NCBI GenBank assembly: GCA_021323695.1
Contig: JAJPKN010000053.1
Location: forward strand, 10,618-74,617
Direction of reading: 5' to 3'
Length of the DNA stretch: 64,000 bases
DNA from: Actinomycetota bacterium
GTDB lineage: Bacteria; Actinomycetota; Acidimicrobiia; Acidimicrobiales; Palsa-688
Position 1 is the stretch's first letter. Each line of letters opens with the position of its first letter. The notes below the pieces were generated by a model. That model was not told the DNA's origin. It searched no databases and saw nothing but the letters and a program-made list of their open reading frames with translations. Positions 52,988-62,194 of this stretch are shown in pieces. A program made the position numbers and the translations under genes.

Positions 52988-55726
52988 TCAGCTGGCCAGC
53001 AGGTACCCGGCGGCCCCGGTAGCGGCGTGGTCGAGCTGGTGGTCGAGCATCTCGTAGTACCCGGGGGCGGGCGGGGTGAACTGTACGAAGCCGCCCTCTC
53101 CGGGCGACAGGTCCAGTACCTGGGAGGCACCGTCTCCCGGGGCCCCGGGCCGGAGCAAGTAAGCCCCCTCTTTGAAGACGGTCGTGAACTGTGCCCCGAC
53201 CACATGGAACGAGGTGCTGTCATTGGGCCCGGCGTCCAGCACCCAGATGCGCACGGGCTGGCCTACCTTTACACGCAGCGGCGCGTGGAGGTACTGGTCG
53301 GCGTAACCATTGAAGACGGTGGCGTCCGGCTGGTCCCGGACCATCTTTTGGTAATCGCCCGAGCTACCGGGTGGCCCCAGGTACAGCTCGGACTGGACGA
53401 CCAGGTACTCCTGGGCCACCTCCGGCAGCCCTGGGGGGTCGATGACAACCGCCCCGTACATGCCGTTGGCCAGGTGCTCCAAGACGGGGGGAGTGCCACA
53501 ATGGTAGAGGAAGATCCCGGCGTGCTCGGCGCGGAAGCGGTAAGTGACCGATTGGCCGGGGGCGACCTCCTTCATCTGGCCCATGGGCATGCTGGCGGCG
53601 TGGAAGTCGAGCGAGTGGTCCATGTCGGTGTGGTTGACCAGGGTCACGACGAACAGGTCGCCCACGTGGCCCCGCAGGGTCGGGGCGGGCACCTGGCCGT
53701 CGAAGGTCCACATGTCCTGGGTGACCCCAGGCGCCACAGCCATGACTTTGTCCTCGGCCACCAAGGTGACGTGGTGGACAGTGCTCCCGGTGGCCGGGGC
53801 GAGGGCAGGGCCAAAGGCGTGCCAGCCCGGCGGGGGAGAGGCGCTGTAGTCGATGACGGCATCAGACGGGGCAGGTGCAGCTGCGGCTGAGGCCTGCGGC
53901 GGGCCAGTGACCCAGATGTCCAGGACCATGCCGGCCGCCCGGTGACCGGCCACGGTGCACCACGCCTGCTCGTTGTGCCGGACCACCCCGTAGCTGACCG
54001 TCTCCTGCCGGCCGGGGGCGAGCATGCCGGTGCCGGTAGGGCCGCCCTCCAGCTGGAGGTCATGGTCCATCGTCCCCCGGTTGGCCACCTGCAGCACCAG
54101 CGTCGCCCCCTCCGGCACGCTCAGCGCGGCCGGCCGGACGTAGAACTCCCCCAGGCTGACCCGGGCCGTTACCGTCTCCCCCCGGGCTGGCTCCCCGCCC
54201 CCGGCGGGGGCCGTGGCCGGCGCGGGGGTGTTGCCCGGCCGCTGCCAAACGGCCACGACGGCTATCAGGGCAGCGGTCGCGGCCATGGCTATGGCCACGT
54301 AGGACAGGGTCACCGAGCGGGCGGTGGTGCCGCTTGCTGGTGCTACCGCCGCCGGCGGCTGGCTTGGGGGGCTCGGCGCGGGCCGGTGGTGGTTGGCCAG
54401 CATGCGGGCCGGCCGGACGGACAGGTTGGTGGCCACCACCAGGCCGGTGGCCATGAACAGCCCCCCGGCCGTGGCGGTGGCGGCGGGGAGGTCGGCGCCC
54501 AGGCCGGCGCACAGGGCGGCGATGCCCGTGGTGACCAACCCGTAGCTGATGGCCGCCCAGGTGTGGTTGTAGAGGTCGGCGAACATGATGGGCTTGCCGC
54601 CCGGCCCCTTGTCCACTCCTCGGGAGCGCAGCGCCGACCAGCCGATGAACGGGACCACCTTGTAGGCATGGCCCACCAGTGCCTCCAGCAACCACCCTGC
54701 GATGGCGGCTACGGACGCGGCCACGAGGGCCGTGCCTTGGTGGTGGTCGGACGGCAGCACCAAGACGGCAGCCAAGGCGAGGGCACCGCCTGTTGGCAGC
54801 CACATGGCCGATGTGAGGACGAAGGCCAGGTGGAGGTCGCCTTTGCGCCGGCGGTAGCGGACATGAGCACGGAGCGAGCTGAAGTGCGCCCCCAGCCCGA
54901 CAGCGAGGACAGTGGCGCCGGCCGCGGCCAGGGGGGCCAGCCCCACCAATAGCCCCGGCGACAAGAGCGCCACCCCGGCGGGCACCGCCCACACCGCCAC
55001 GTGGCCGGGACGCCGAGGGCCCGGGACGTGGGCCAGGAAGAACATGGGCCAGAGCTTTTCGGCCACGGCCACGTAGGTGAGGCCGAGCCAGGCGAAGAGG
55101 CCCACGACCGCGTGGGCCAGCACCACGTGGCCGGACAGGTCGAACCAGTTGCCCTTGCGGTCGGCGACGTAGAGCACACCGAAGCTGGCGGTGACGACGA
55201 AGCCCGCCAGCGCGAAGCGCAGCCCGGTGACGGGTGCCCCCTTGCCCTTGGCTGCCAGGGGGTAGGAGAGGTTGACCACCAGGAGCGTGATGGCCAGGGC
55301 AGCCAGGCCGCCGCCGGCTTCGACCACGTCCTCGTGCTCGGTGGCTACGCCCAGGGGGAGCAGCCACGCCGCCAGCAGCCAGGTGACGAAGGTGGCCCGG
55401 GCCAAGCCGACCGAGCGCAGCGGCCTCTGGCTGACCACCGGCACGAACTGGTGCATGGCACCGAGGACGCCCATGGACAACGTAGCCAGCAGCCCGAGGT
55501 GGGCGGCAGCGACGACCGGGTCAGCCGTGGGGTCGACGGCGGCTGCCTCCCTGGCCCAGGCCCAAGCTGCTCCAGAGGCGACCAGGCCAAGCGACGCAGC
55601 GGCGAGGAAGCACAGGGGAACTGAAGGCGGGGGTACCGCCCCGGGCAACCCGGGGGGCCGCTCTTGCCAGGCCCCGGGCCGGGCCGGGGCGGGCCGGGGG
55701 TTGACGGTGTCAGTCGGCATCGCCAT
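52988..55726 (-). CDS. nirK: membrane-anchored multidomain copper-containing nitrite reductase (polytopic N-domain + cupredoxin + NirK core)
   Basis: NirK ligand motifs HSLDFH and YHCGTPPVLEHLANGM. Extra type-1 Cu site MDHDL...WCTVAGHRAAGM. About 440-aa N-terminal multi-TM region with conserved His (GAMHQFVPV, LVGHAYKVVPF). Confidence 0.8.
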   Translation of the reverse strand: MAMPTDTVNPRPAPARPGAWQERPPGLPGAVPPPSVPLCFLAAASLGLVASGAAWAWAREAAAVDPTADPVVAAAHLGLLATLSMGVLGAMHQFVPVVSQRPLRSVGLARATFVTWLLAAWLLPLGVATEHEDVVEAGGGLAALAITLLVVNLSYPLAAKGKGAPVTGLRFALAGFVVTASFGVLYVADRKGNWFDLSGHVVLAHAVVGLFAWLGLTYVAVAEKLWPMFFLAHVPGPRRPGHVAVWAVPAGVALLSPGLLVGLAPLAAAGATVLAVGLGAHFSSLRAHVRYRRRKGDLHLAFVLTSAMWLPTGGALALAAVLVLPSDHHQGTALVAASVAAIAGWLLEALVGHAYKVVPFIGWSALRSRGVDKGPGGKPIMFADLYNHTWAAISYGLVTTGIAALCAGLGADLPAATATAGGLFMATGLVVATNLSVRPARMLANHHRPAPSPPSQPPAAVAPASGTTARSVTLSYVAIAMAATAALIAVVAVWQRPGNTPAPATAPAGGGEPARGETVTARVSLGEFYVRPAALSVPEGATLVLQVANRGTMDHDLQLEGGPTGTGMLAPGRQETVSYGVVRHNEQAWCTVAGHRAAGMVLDIWVTGPPQASAAAAPAPSDAVIDYSASPPPGWHAFGPALAPATGSTVHHVTLVAEDKVMAVAPGVTQDMWTFDGQVPAPTLRGHVGDLFVVTLVNHTDMDHSLDFHAASMPMGQMKEVAPGQSVTYRFRAEHAGIFLYHCGTPPVLEHLANGMYGAVVIDPPGLPEVAQEYLVVQSELYLGPPGSSGDYQKMVRDQPDATVFNGYADQYLHAPLRVKVGQPVRIWVLDAGPNDSTSFHVVGAQFTTVFKEGAYLLRPGAPGDGASQVLDLSPGEGGFVQFTPPAPGYYEMLDHQLDHAATGAAGYLLAS

Positions 55727-55902
55727 AAATCTAGCAGATAGCAGAATAACTGTGGGCGGCGGGGTGGCCGGCCGCCAAGGGCCTTGCCCGCCATTGCCGG
55801 CCGGTCCCCCGGCGAACGTGGACCTTAGCCCCTAACGAGGCCATGGGCGGGGCGAGCAAGCTTGGGGGGGCAAGTGGAAGTCGCCCGACGGGAGGTGAGC
55901 CC

Positions 55903-57297
55903 ATGCAGATCTTGTTGGCCCGGTGGGAGTTCGCCGTGGTCACGGTCTTCCACTTCTTCTTCGTGCCCCTGACCATCGGCCTCGGCTTCCTGGTGGCGCT
56001 GATGCAGACCCTGGCCTACCGCAAGCAAGATGCAGGATGGGAGCGGCTCACCCGTTTCTACGGCCGGCTCTTCCTGATCAACATCGCCGTGGGGGTGGTC
56101 ACCGGCATCACTTTGGAGTTCCAGTTCGGCCTCAATTGGTCGGCCTACTCCATATTCGTCGGGAACATCTTCGGTGCTCCTTTGGCCATCGAAGCCCTCC
56201 TGGCGTTCTTCATGGAGTCGACCTTCATCGGGCTGTGGATCTTCGGGCGCTCCAAGCTGTCCCCTCGCCTCCACCTGGCCACCATCTGGCTGGTCAGCCT
56301 GGGCACGATGCTGTCTGCCCTGTTCATCCTGGCGGCCAACGCCTGGATGCAGCACCCCGTCGGCTACAAGGTGGCCGGCGGCCAGGCAGTGCTCACCGAC
56401 TTTTGGGCCGTCCTGGCCAACCCGCTGCTGTGGGGCTCGTTCGCCCACACCATCTTCGCCGCCTTGGCCACCGCCGGCCTCCTCGTGCTCGGCACGAGCG
56501 CCTGGCGCGCCCACCAAGCCGGGGCCAGCGCCGAGGACCGGGGTGCCTTCTGGCGCTCGTCGCGCCTGGCGGCCGCCTTCAGCTTGGTGAGCACCCTGCT
56601 GGTGGCTGTCTCGGGCGACCTGCAGGCGAGGCTCATGGACGTGTACCAGCCCATGAAGATGGCGGCGGCCGAAGCCCTGTACCGGACGGCCAAGGGAGCC
56701 AGCTTTTCCCTGCTCACCATTGGGGACCTGAGCCAGAAGCCCATCTTCCAGGTCCGCGTCCCCCACCTGCTGTCACTCCTCGCCGACCTGTCCTGGAGCG
56801 GCACCGTGCAGGGCATCGACAACCTGCAGGCCGCGGACGTCGCCCGCTACGGCAAGGGTAGCTACGTGCCGGTGGTCCCCCTCACCTACTGGTCGTTCCG
56901 GGTCATGGTGGGGGCTGGGATCCTGATGCTGGTGGTGGCTGCCTGGGGCACCTGGGCGGCACGGCGCCAGGGCCAAGGCCGGCTGGGGGGCGCCAGCCAG
57001 CGGTGGTTCGCCCGGGCCGCCCTGTGGGCCATGGCACTACCGCTGGTCGCCAACACTTTCGGCTGGATCTTCACCGAGGCCGGGCGCCAGCCTTGGGCTG
57101 TCTGGGGCCTCATGCTGACCGCCAAGGGGCCCTCCAGCTTGACCTTGGCCGACGTGGCCCTCACCTTGGCCGGGTTCGTGGCCGTGTACACGGCCCTGGG
57201 CGTGGTTGACGCCTGGCTGATGGTGCGTTACGCCCGCCAGCCGCTTTCGGGAGATGGGCAACAAGAGGCCGGCGAGGTTGCCGGCCTGGTCTATTGA
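55903..57297 (+). CDS. cydA: cytochrome bd ubiquinol oxidase subunit I
   Basis: MQILLARWEFAVVTVFHFFFVPLTIGLG. GGAGGTG Shine-Dalgarno 6 nt upstream of ATG 55903 (track ORF starts at 55843). Confidence 0.95.
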   Translation: MQILLARWEFAVVTVFHFFFVPLTIGLGFLVALMQTLAYRKQDAGWERLTRFYGRLFLINIAVGVVTGITLEFQFGLNWSAYSIFVGNIFGAPLAIEALLAFFMESTFIGLWIFGRSKLSPRLHLATIWLVSLGTMLSALFILAANAWMQHPVGYKVAGGQAVLTDFWAVLANPLLWGSFAHTIFAALATAGLLVLGTSAWRAHQAGASAEDRGAFWRSSRLAAAFSLVSTLLVAVSGDLQARLMDVYQPMKMAAAEALYRTAKGASFSLLTIGDLSQKPIFQVRVPHLLSLLADLSWSGTVQGIDNLQAADVARYGKGSYVPVVPLTYWSFRVMVGAGILMLVVAAWGTWAARRQGQGRLGGASQRWFARAALWAMALPLVANTFGWIFTEAGRQPWAVWGLMLTAKGPSSLTLADVALTLAGFVAVYTALGVVDAWLMVRYARQPLSGDGQQEAGEVAGLVY

Positions 57298-57338
57298 GGA
57301 CCGGTCGATGGCCGTGACCACCTGTAGGAGGTAGGCAA

Positions 57339-58397
57339 GTGCCGACGTTCGCCAACCTGGGCACGACTTGGTTCGCCCTGATAGGCCTCCTGTGGGCCGG
57401 GTACCTGTTCCTGGAGGGCTTTGACTTCGGGGTGTCGGTCATGAGGCCGTTGGTGTCCCGGGACGAGACCGACACCAGGCTGTGCCTGAACGTCATCGGG
57501 CCCGTCTGGGACGGCAACGAAGTGTGGGTGCTGACCGCGGGTGGAGCTACATTTGCCGCTTTCCCCTTGTGGTACGCCAGGCTGTTCAATGGCTTCTACC
57601 TGGCCTTGTTCCTTGCCCTCGTCTTCCTCATCGCCCGGGGGGTGTCCTTCGAGTTCCGGGGCAAGGTTGCTGCCCCAGCCTGGCGGCGCACCTGGGACGG
57701 GGCCAACTTCCTCGGCAGCCTGGTCGCCGCCGTGGTTTGGGGCGTGGCCTTCACCGACCTGGCCCACGGCCTGCCGCTTGGGCCCGGCGGCCGCTACCAG
57801 GGGGGCCTCCCGGGCCTCCTCCACCCGGTGGCGGTCCTGGGCGGGGTGGCCACCTTGGCGCTGGTGTCGCTCCACGGCCTGGTCTTCCTCTCCCTGAAGA
57901 CGACCGGCGACCTCGCTGAGCGAGCACGTCGGCTTTCCCTGCCGGTAGGGGTGGCGGCGGCAGCCCTGCTGGCCGGCGTGGTCGCCTGGGTGGCGACCGC
58001 CGGGCGCCCGGCCGTCGGCGGCCAGTTGCCCGGCGCCGTGCCCCTCGGCCTGGGGGCGGCCGGGGTGGCTGCAGTGGCAACGGCGGCCGTCCTGGCCCGT
58101 TCCGGGCGGGACAAGGCCGCGTTTGGCGCCACCGGGCTCGCGGTGCTGGCCGCCATGGGGGCGGTGTGGAGCCGCATGTTCCCAGCGGTCTTCCCGGCCA
58201 GCAACCGGGCCACGAACGGGCTCACGATCGCAGCTGCCGCCTCGCAGCACAACACGTTGGTGGTGATGACGGTGGTAGCCGCCTGCTTCGTCCCCTTCGT
58301 GCTGGCCTACCAGGGTTGGACCTACTGGGTGTTCCGCCAGCGGCTCTCGCGGCCACCGGCCGCTGCCCCGGGGCCATCGACAGGTGCGCGTCCCTGA
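57339..58397 (+). CDS. cydB: cytochrome bd ubiquinol oxidase subunit II
   Basis: WFALIGLLWAGYLFLEGFDFGVSVM and VWDGNEVWVLTAGGATFAAFP. Confidence 0.9.
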   Translation: MPTFANLGTTWFALIGLLWAGYLFLEGFDFGVSVMRPLVSRDETDTRLCLNVIGPVWDGNEVWVLTAGGATFAAFPLWYARLFNGFYLALFLALVFLIARGVSFEFRGKVAAPAWRRTWDGANFLGSLVAAVVWGVAFTDLAHGLPLGPGGRYQGGLPGLLHPVAVLGGVATLALVSLHGLVFLSLKTTGDLAERARRLSLPVGVAAAALLAGVVAWVATAGRPAVGGQLPGAVPLGLGAAGVAAVATAAVLARSGRDKAAFGATGLAVLAAMGAVWSRMFPAVFPASNRATNGLTIAAAASQHNTLVVMTVVAACFVPFVLAYQGWTYWVFRQRLSRPPAAAPGPSTGARP

Positions 58398-60267
58398 CGG
58401 GCGCAACCCGAGCTCCGGGGTGGCCAAGAGGCCCTTCGACCCCCGCCTGGCCCGGGTGCCGGTCGTCAGGCGGGGCTTGGTTGCCTCGGTAGCCCTCGGG
58501 CTGGTGCCCGTCGGCGGTGCCGTGGCCCAGGCCGTCGGGCTGGCACACCTGATAGCCGGGGCCATGCGGCCGGCGTCGGCCGCCCACTGGGTGCCCTGGT
58601 TGGTGCTGGTAGCCTCCGGCTTCGCCCTCCAGGCGCTGGCGGCACTAGCCGGCGACGTCGTGGCCGCCTACACCACATCGGCGGCCAAGGCGGGCCTGCG
58701 TTCGCACTTGGTGGCGGCAGCCGTGCGGTCTCGGTCTTCGCCCCCGGTGGCCACCGGAGGCTCGCCCGGCAGGGCTCGGCCGCACGCCCCTCCCCTGGCG
58801 CCCGGCGAGGTTGCCGTCCTGGCCGGGCCAGGCTTGGACGCCCTGGACGTGTACGTCAGCCGCTGCCTGCCTGACCTGGTGCTGGCCGTGGCCGCGCCGG
58901 TGGCGCTCCTGGCCGCGGTGGGTGCCCTCGATTGGGTGTCGTTCTTGGTGATGGCGGTGACCCTGGTGCTCTTCCCTGTCTTCGGCGCCTTGGCCGGCCG
59001 GTCGAGCCTGGCCCTCGGGGCCGAGCGATGGCGCCGGGTAGAGCAGTTGGGCGCCTACCTGGCTGATGTCTTCCAAGGGATGCCGGTCCTGCGGGCGTTC
59101 GGGCGCAGCGGGGACCAGCGGGAGCGCTTGGCCGAGCTCAACCGGTCCCTCAGCCGTTCGACCGCCCTAGCCCTGCGGAGCGCGTTCGTCTCGGCCCTGG
59201 TGCTCGACACCCTGGCGTCGCTGTCGGTGGCGCTCGTGGCGGTGCCCCTTGGCTTGCGCCTCTTGACCGGGGGTGTCAGCCTCCCCGCTGCTTTGGCTGT
59301 CCTGGTGGTGGCACCGGAGGTGTTCGTGCCTGTGCGCAGGGCGACCGCCGAGTTCCACGAGAGCGCCGAGGGGCTGGCGGCCATGGGGCGCATCCTGGCC
59401 GTGGCGGCCATCCCGGGCGCCGGCACCGTGGCCGAGGCGGACGTCGCGGCCAGGTGGCCGAACGGGGCCGGGGCGGCGCCCCGTTCCCCGGCGGCGCCAC
59501 GAACCGGGGCGGCGCGACGGGCCGAGCCAGGCACCGCTCCCGGGCCGCGGCGGGTTGCGCCTGACCCCAAAGAGGTGGCTGTTGCCCTGTGCGGCGTCAA
59601 CGTCAGCTTCCCGGGGCGGGCCGAGCCTGTGCTGGAGGGGGCCGACCTGGTGATCGCCCCAGGGGAAGTGGTGGCACTGGTAGGCCCGAGCGGCGCGGGG
59701 AAGTCCACGGTCGTCTCCCTCCTGGCCGGCTTCCAGGTGCCGTCCCGAGGAGCGGTAACGGTCGGTGGCCTGGACCTGGCCGAGGTCGACCTGCCCAGCT
59801 GGCACCGGTGGCTGGCCTACCTGCCCGAGCACCCCGGCTTCTTGCCCGCGACGGTGGCAGACAACCTCAGGGTGGCTCGGCCCGGTGCTCCCGAGGAGGA
59901 ACTGTACCGGGCCCTGGCCGAGGTGGGTGCCATCGAGCTGGTCGAGCGCTGGCCCGGCAAGCTGAAAGCCCGCCTGGGAGCCGGTGGCCTGCGGCTGTCG
60001 GCCGGGGAGCGCCAACGGCTGGCGCTGGCCAGGGCCCTGCTCCGGCCGGCTTCGTTGTACCTGCTCGACGAGCCCACGGTCCACCTGGACGAGGCTGGCG
60101 AGGGACAAGCTTTGGCCGGGCTGCGCCGGTCGGTGCAAGGTCGCAGCGCGCTCATAGTTTCCCACCGGCCGGCAGTGGCCCAGGTGGCGGACCGGGTGGT
60201 CGCCCTGCGCGAGCGGAGGCTGGTCGAGGTCTCGGCGGCCGAGCTGAGCGCCCGGGTGCGGTCATGA
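58384..60267 (+). CDS. cydD: thiol reductant ABC exporter subunit CydD
   Basis: TMD plus NBD (GPSGAGKST, LSAGERQRLALA, LYLLDEPTVHLD) directly after cydB. Start uncertain (GTG 58384 or 58423). Confidence 0.85.
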   Translation: MRVPDGRNPSSGVAKRPFDPRLARVPVVRRGLVASVALGLVPVGGAVAQAVGLAHLIAGAMRPASAAHWVPWLVLVASGFALQALAALAGDVVAAYTTSAAKAGLRSHLVAAAVRSRSSPPVATGGSPGRARPHAPPLAPGEVAVLAGPGLDALDVYVSRCLPDLVLAVAAPVALLAAVGALDWVSFLVMAVTLVLFPVFGALAGRSSLALGAERWRRVEQLGAYLADVFQGMPVLRAFGRSGDQRERLAELNRSLSRSTALALRSAFVSALVLDTLASLSVALVAVPLGLRLLTGGVSLPAALAVLVVAPEVFVPVRRATAEFHESAEGLAAMGRILAVAAIPGAGTVAEADVAARWPNGAGAAPRSPAAPRTGAARRAEPGTAPGPRRVAPDPKEVAVALCGVNVSFPGRAEPVLEGADLVIAPGEVVALVGPSGAGKSTVVSLLAGFQVPSRGAVTVGGLDLAEVDLPSWHRWLAYLPEHPGFLPATVADNLRVARPGAPEEELYRALAEVGAIELVERWPGKLKARLGAGGLRLSAGERQRLALARALLRPASLYLLDEPTVHLDEAGEGQALAGLRRSVQGRSALIVSHRPAVAQVADRVVALRERRLVEVSAAELSARVRS

Positions 60268-61991
60268 GCAGGCCCCGGCTGTGGCCCGCTCTCCTGCCGG
60301 GGGCACTGTCGGCTCTTTCGGGCGTAGGCCTGCTGGCCACTTCGGGCTGGCTCATCACCCGCGCCTCGGAGCGCCCGCCGGTGCTCAGCCTGTGCGTGGC
60401 CATCGGGGCCGTCCAGGCGTTCTCGCTGGGGCGGGGGATCTTCCGCTACCTCCAGCGCCTGGGGGTGCACTCCCTGTCCCTGGAAAGGTTGGGGCGGCTC
60501 CGCCTGCAGCTCTTCGACTTGCTCGAGCCCAGAGTGCCGGGCACGGCCACGGGGAGCGAGCCGGCGAGCGCCCTGTCTGGGTTCCTGGCCGATGCCGACG
60601 CCCTAGCCCAGGGCCTGGCCAAGGGCCTGAGCACGGCCACCGACGTGGCGGGGAGCATCGTCTTTGCCAGCGTGCTGGCCGCCCTGGTCGAGCCCCTGCT
60701 GGGCCTGGCCGTCCTGGGTGCCGGTGCCGGCCCGGTGGCCGTGGCATGGGCCGTCTCTCGGCTGGCGGCCAGGTCCGAGCGCGAGGCAGCAGCCGGCCGG
60801 GCCGCCCTGGCCAACCTGGTCACCGAGACGGTCCGCTGTGCGCGCGAGCTGGTGGTGTACGGCCGGGAGGACCTGGTGGGGCAACAGTTGCACGAGGTCC
60901 ACCGCCGGGAGGCGTCGGTAGCCGTCCGCCGAGCCTGGGTGAGCGGCCTGGCCCGGGCGGGCACGGCCCTTGCCGCCGGCGCAGGGACCGTAGGGGTCGT
61001 GACCGCCGCCCTCGTCGCCCGTTCCTCGGGCCGGCTTTCGGGGCCGGCCTTGGCTGCGACCGTCTTCGGCGCCCTGGCTGCGCTCGACCAGTGCTCGTCC
61101 TTGCCGGCCGCGCTGGCCAGCCGGGAGGCGGCTCGAGCAGCTCACGGGCGCATAGCCAGCCTGGCATCGTTGCCCGCCGTACCCAGCCCCACCTGGGGCC
61201 CCAGCACCCCGGCCGCCGCCGGCGAGGGGGCACTGGAAGGGGCGGAGGTGGTGCTGGGCGGAGGCGTACGAGCCTTGAACGGGCTTAGCCTGCGCGTGCC
61301 CGCAGGAGGCCGGGTTGCCCTGACTGGCCCGAGCGGTGCCGGGAAGACCACCGCCGTGCATGCCCTGCTGCACTTCGTCGAGTGCTCAGCCGGGCGGGCC
61401 ACCTTGGGTGGGCTCGACGTGCGCGGGCTCACCCGGGCCAGCATCGCCCGCTTGGCCGGGTGGCTGCCGGACGAGACTTACCTGTTCGCGGCCAGCTTGG
61501 GCGACAACCTGCGCACCGGCTGCCCGACCGCCAGCGATGCCGAATGCGTGGAGGCGCTCCGACGGGTGGGGCTGGCAGGGTGGTTCGCCAGCCTCCCCGA
61601 CGGCCTGGCTACCCCGCTCGGGGCCGGAGGCCGCCCGCTGAGCGGCGGGGAAGCCCAGCGGATCGGCCTGGCCCGGGTGCTCCTGAGCGGTGCCGCCTTG
61701 CTGCTCCTCGACGAACCAACCTCCCGCCTCGACCCGGCAACGTCGGCCCGGGTGCTGCCCGAGCTCCTGGGTGCCGCCCAGGGCCGCTCGGTGCTGGTCG
61801 TCAGCCATGACCCGGGAGTGGCGCGCCTGGTGGACCAGGTCGTGGCCCTTCCCCGAGGCGCTGGCGCAGCGGCCCAGCTCGGCCGCCAGGGGCCGGCGGG
61901 GTGCCGGTGGGGTAGCGCACCGCAAAGCCCGCTCGGTGACCCGCCCGGTCACGGGGGGCTACCCGCTACGGCAGCGACAGCACAGCCATGA
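60264..61991 (+). CDS. cydC: thiol reductant ABC exporter subunit CydC
   Basis: ATG at 60264 overlaps the cydD stop (ATGA). LLATSGWLITRASERPPVLSL, GPSGAGKTT, LSGGEAQRIGLA, LLLLDEPTSRLD. Confidence 0.85.
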   Translation: MSRPRLWPALLPGALSALSGVGLLATSGWLITRASERPPVLSLCVAIGAVQAFSLGRGIFRYLQRLGVHSLSLERLGRLRLQLFDLLEPRVPGTATGSEPASALSGFLADADALAQGLAKGLSTATDVAGSIVFASVLAALVEPLLGLAVLGAGAGPVAVAWAVSRLAARSEREAAAGRAALANLVTETVRCARELVVYGREDLVGQQLHEVHRREASVAVRRAWVSGLARAGTALAAGAGTVGVVTAALVARSSGRLSGPALAATVFGALAALDQCSSLPAALASREAARAAHGRIASLASLPAVPSPTWGPSTPAAAGEGALEGAEVVLGGGVRALNGLSLRVPAGGRVALTGPSGAGKTTAVHALLHFVECSAGRATLGGLDVRGLTRASIARLAGWLPDETYLFAASLGDNLRTGCPTASDAECVEALRRVGLAGWFASLPDGLATPLGAGGRPLSGGEAQRIGLARVLLSGAALLLLDEPTSRLDPATSARVLPELLGAAQGRSVLVVSHDPGVARLVDQVVALPRGAGAAAQLGRQGPAGCRWGSAPQSPLGDPPGHGGLPATAATAQP

Positions 61992-62194
61992 AGCGATGCC
62001 CCGGCGGCCCGGCCCGGGCCCGGCAATGGGGGCTTGGGGCGCGCGCTTTTTGCCTGGCGCCCCCCTGCAGGCCCTAAGCTGCATTTTGCGAGAAAGCAGT
62101 TCGCCGGGAACGGTTTTTGTGGTCCACCGTACGCGACCGGTAAGGCACTCCAACCCCAGCGAACTTGTTCAGCCTAAGCCTAAGGAGGCCCGGC

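Noticed and set aside
61992-62194. Cobalamin riboswitch upstream of the B12-binding radical SAM gene
   Set aside because: I could not find a B12-box-like consensus or the expected multi-helix junction, only a simple hairpin. An Rfam scan is needed before anything is claimed.
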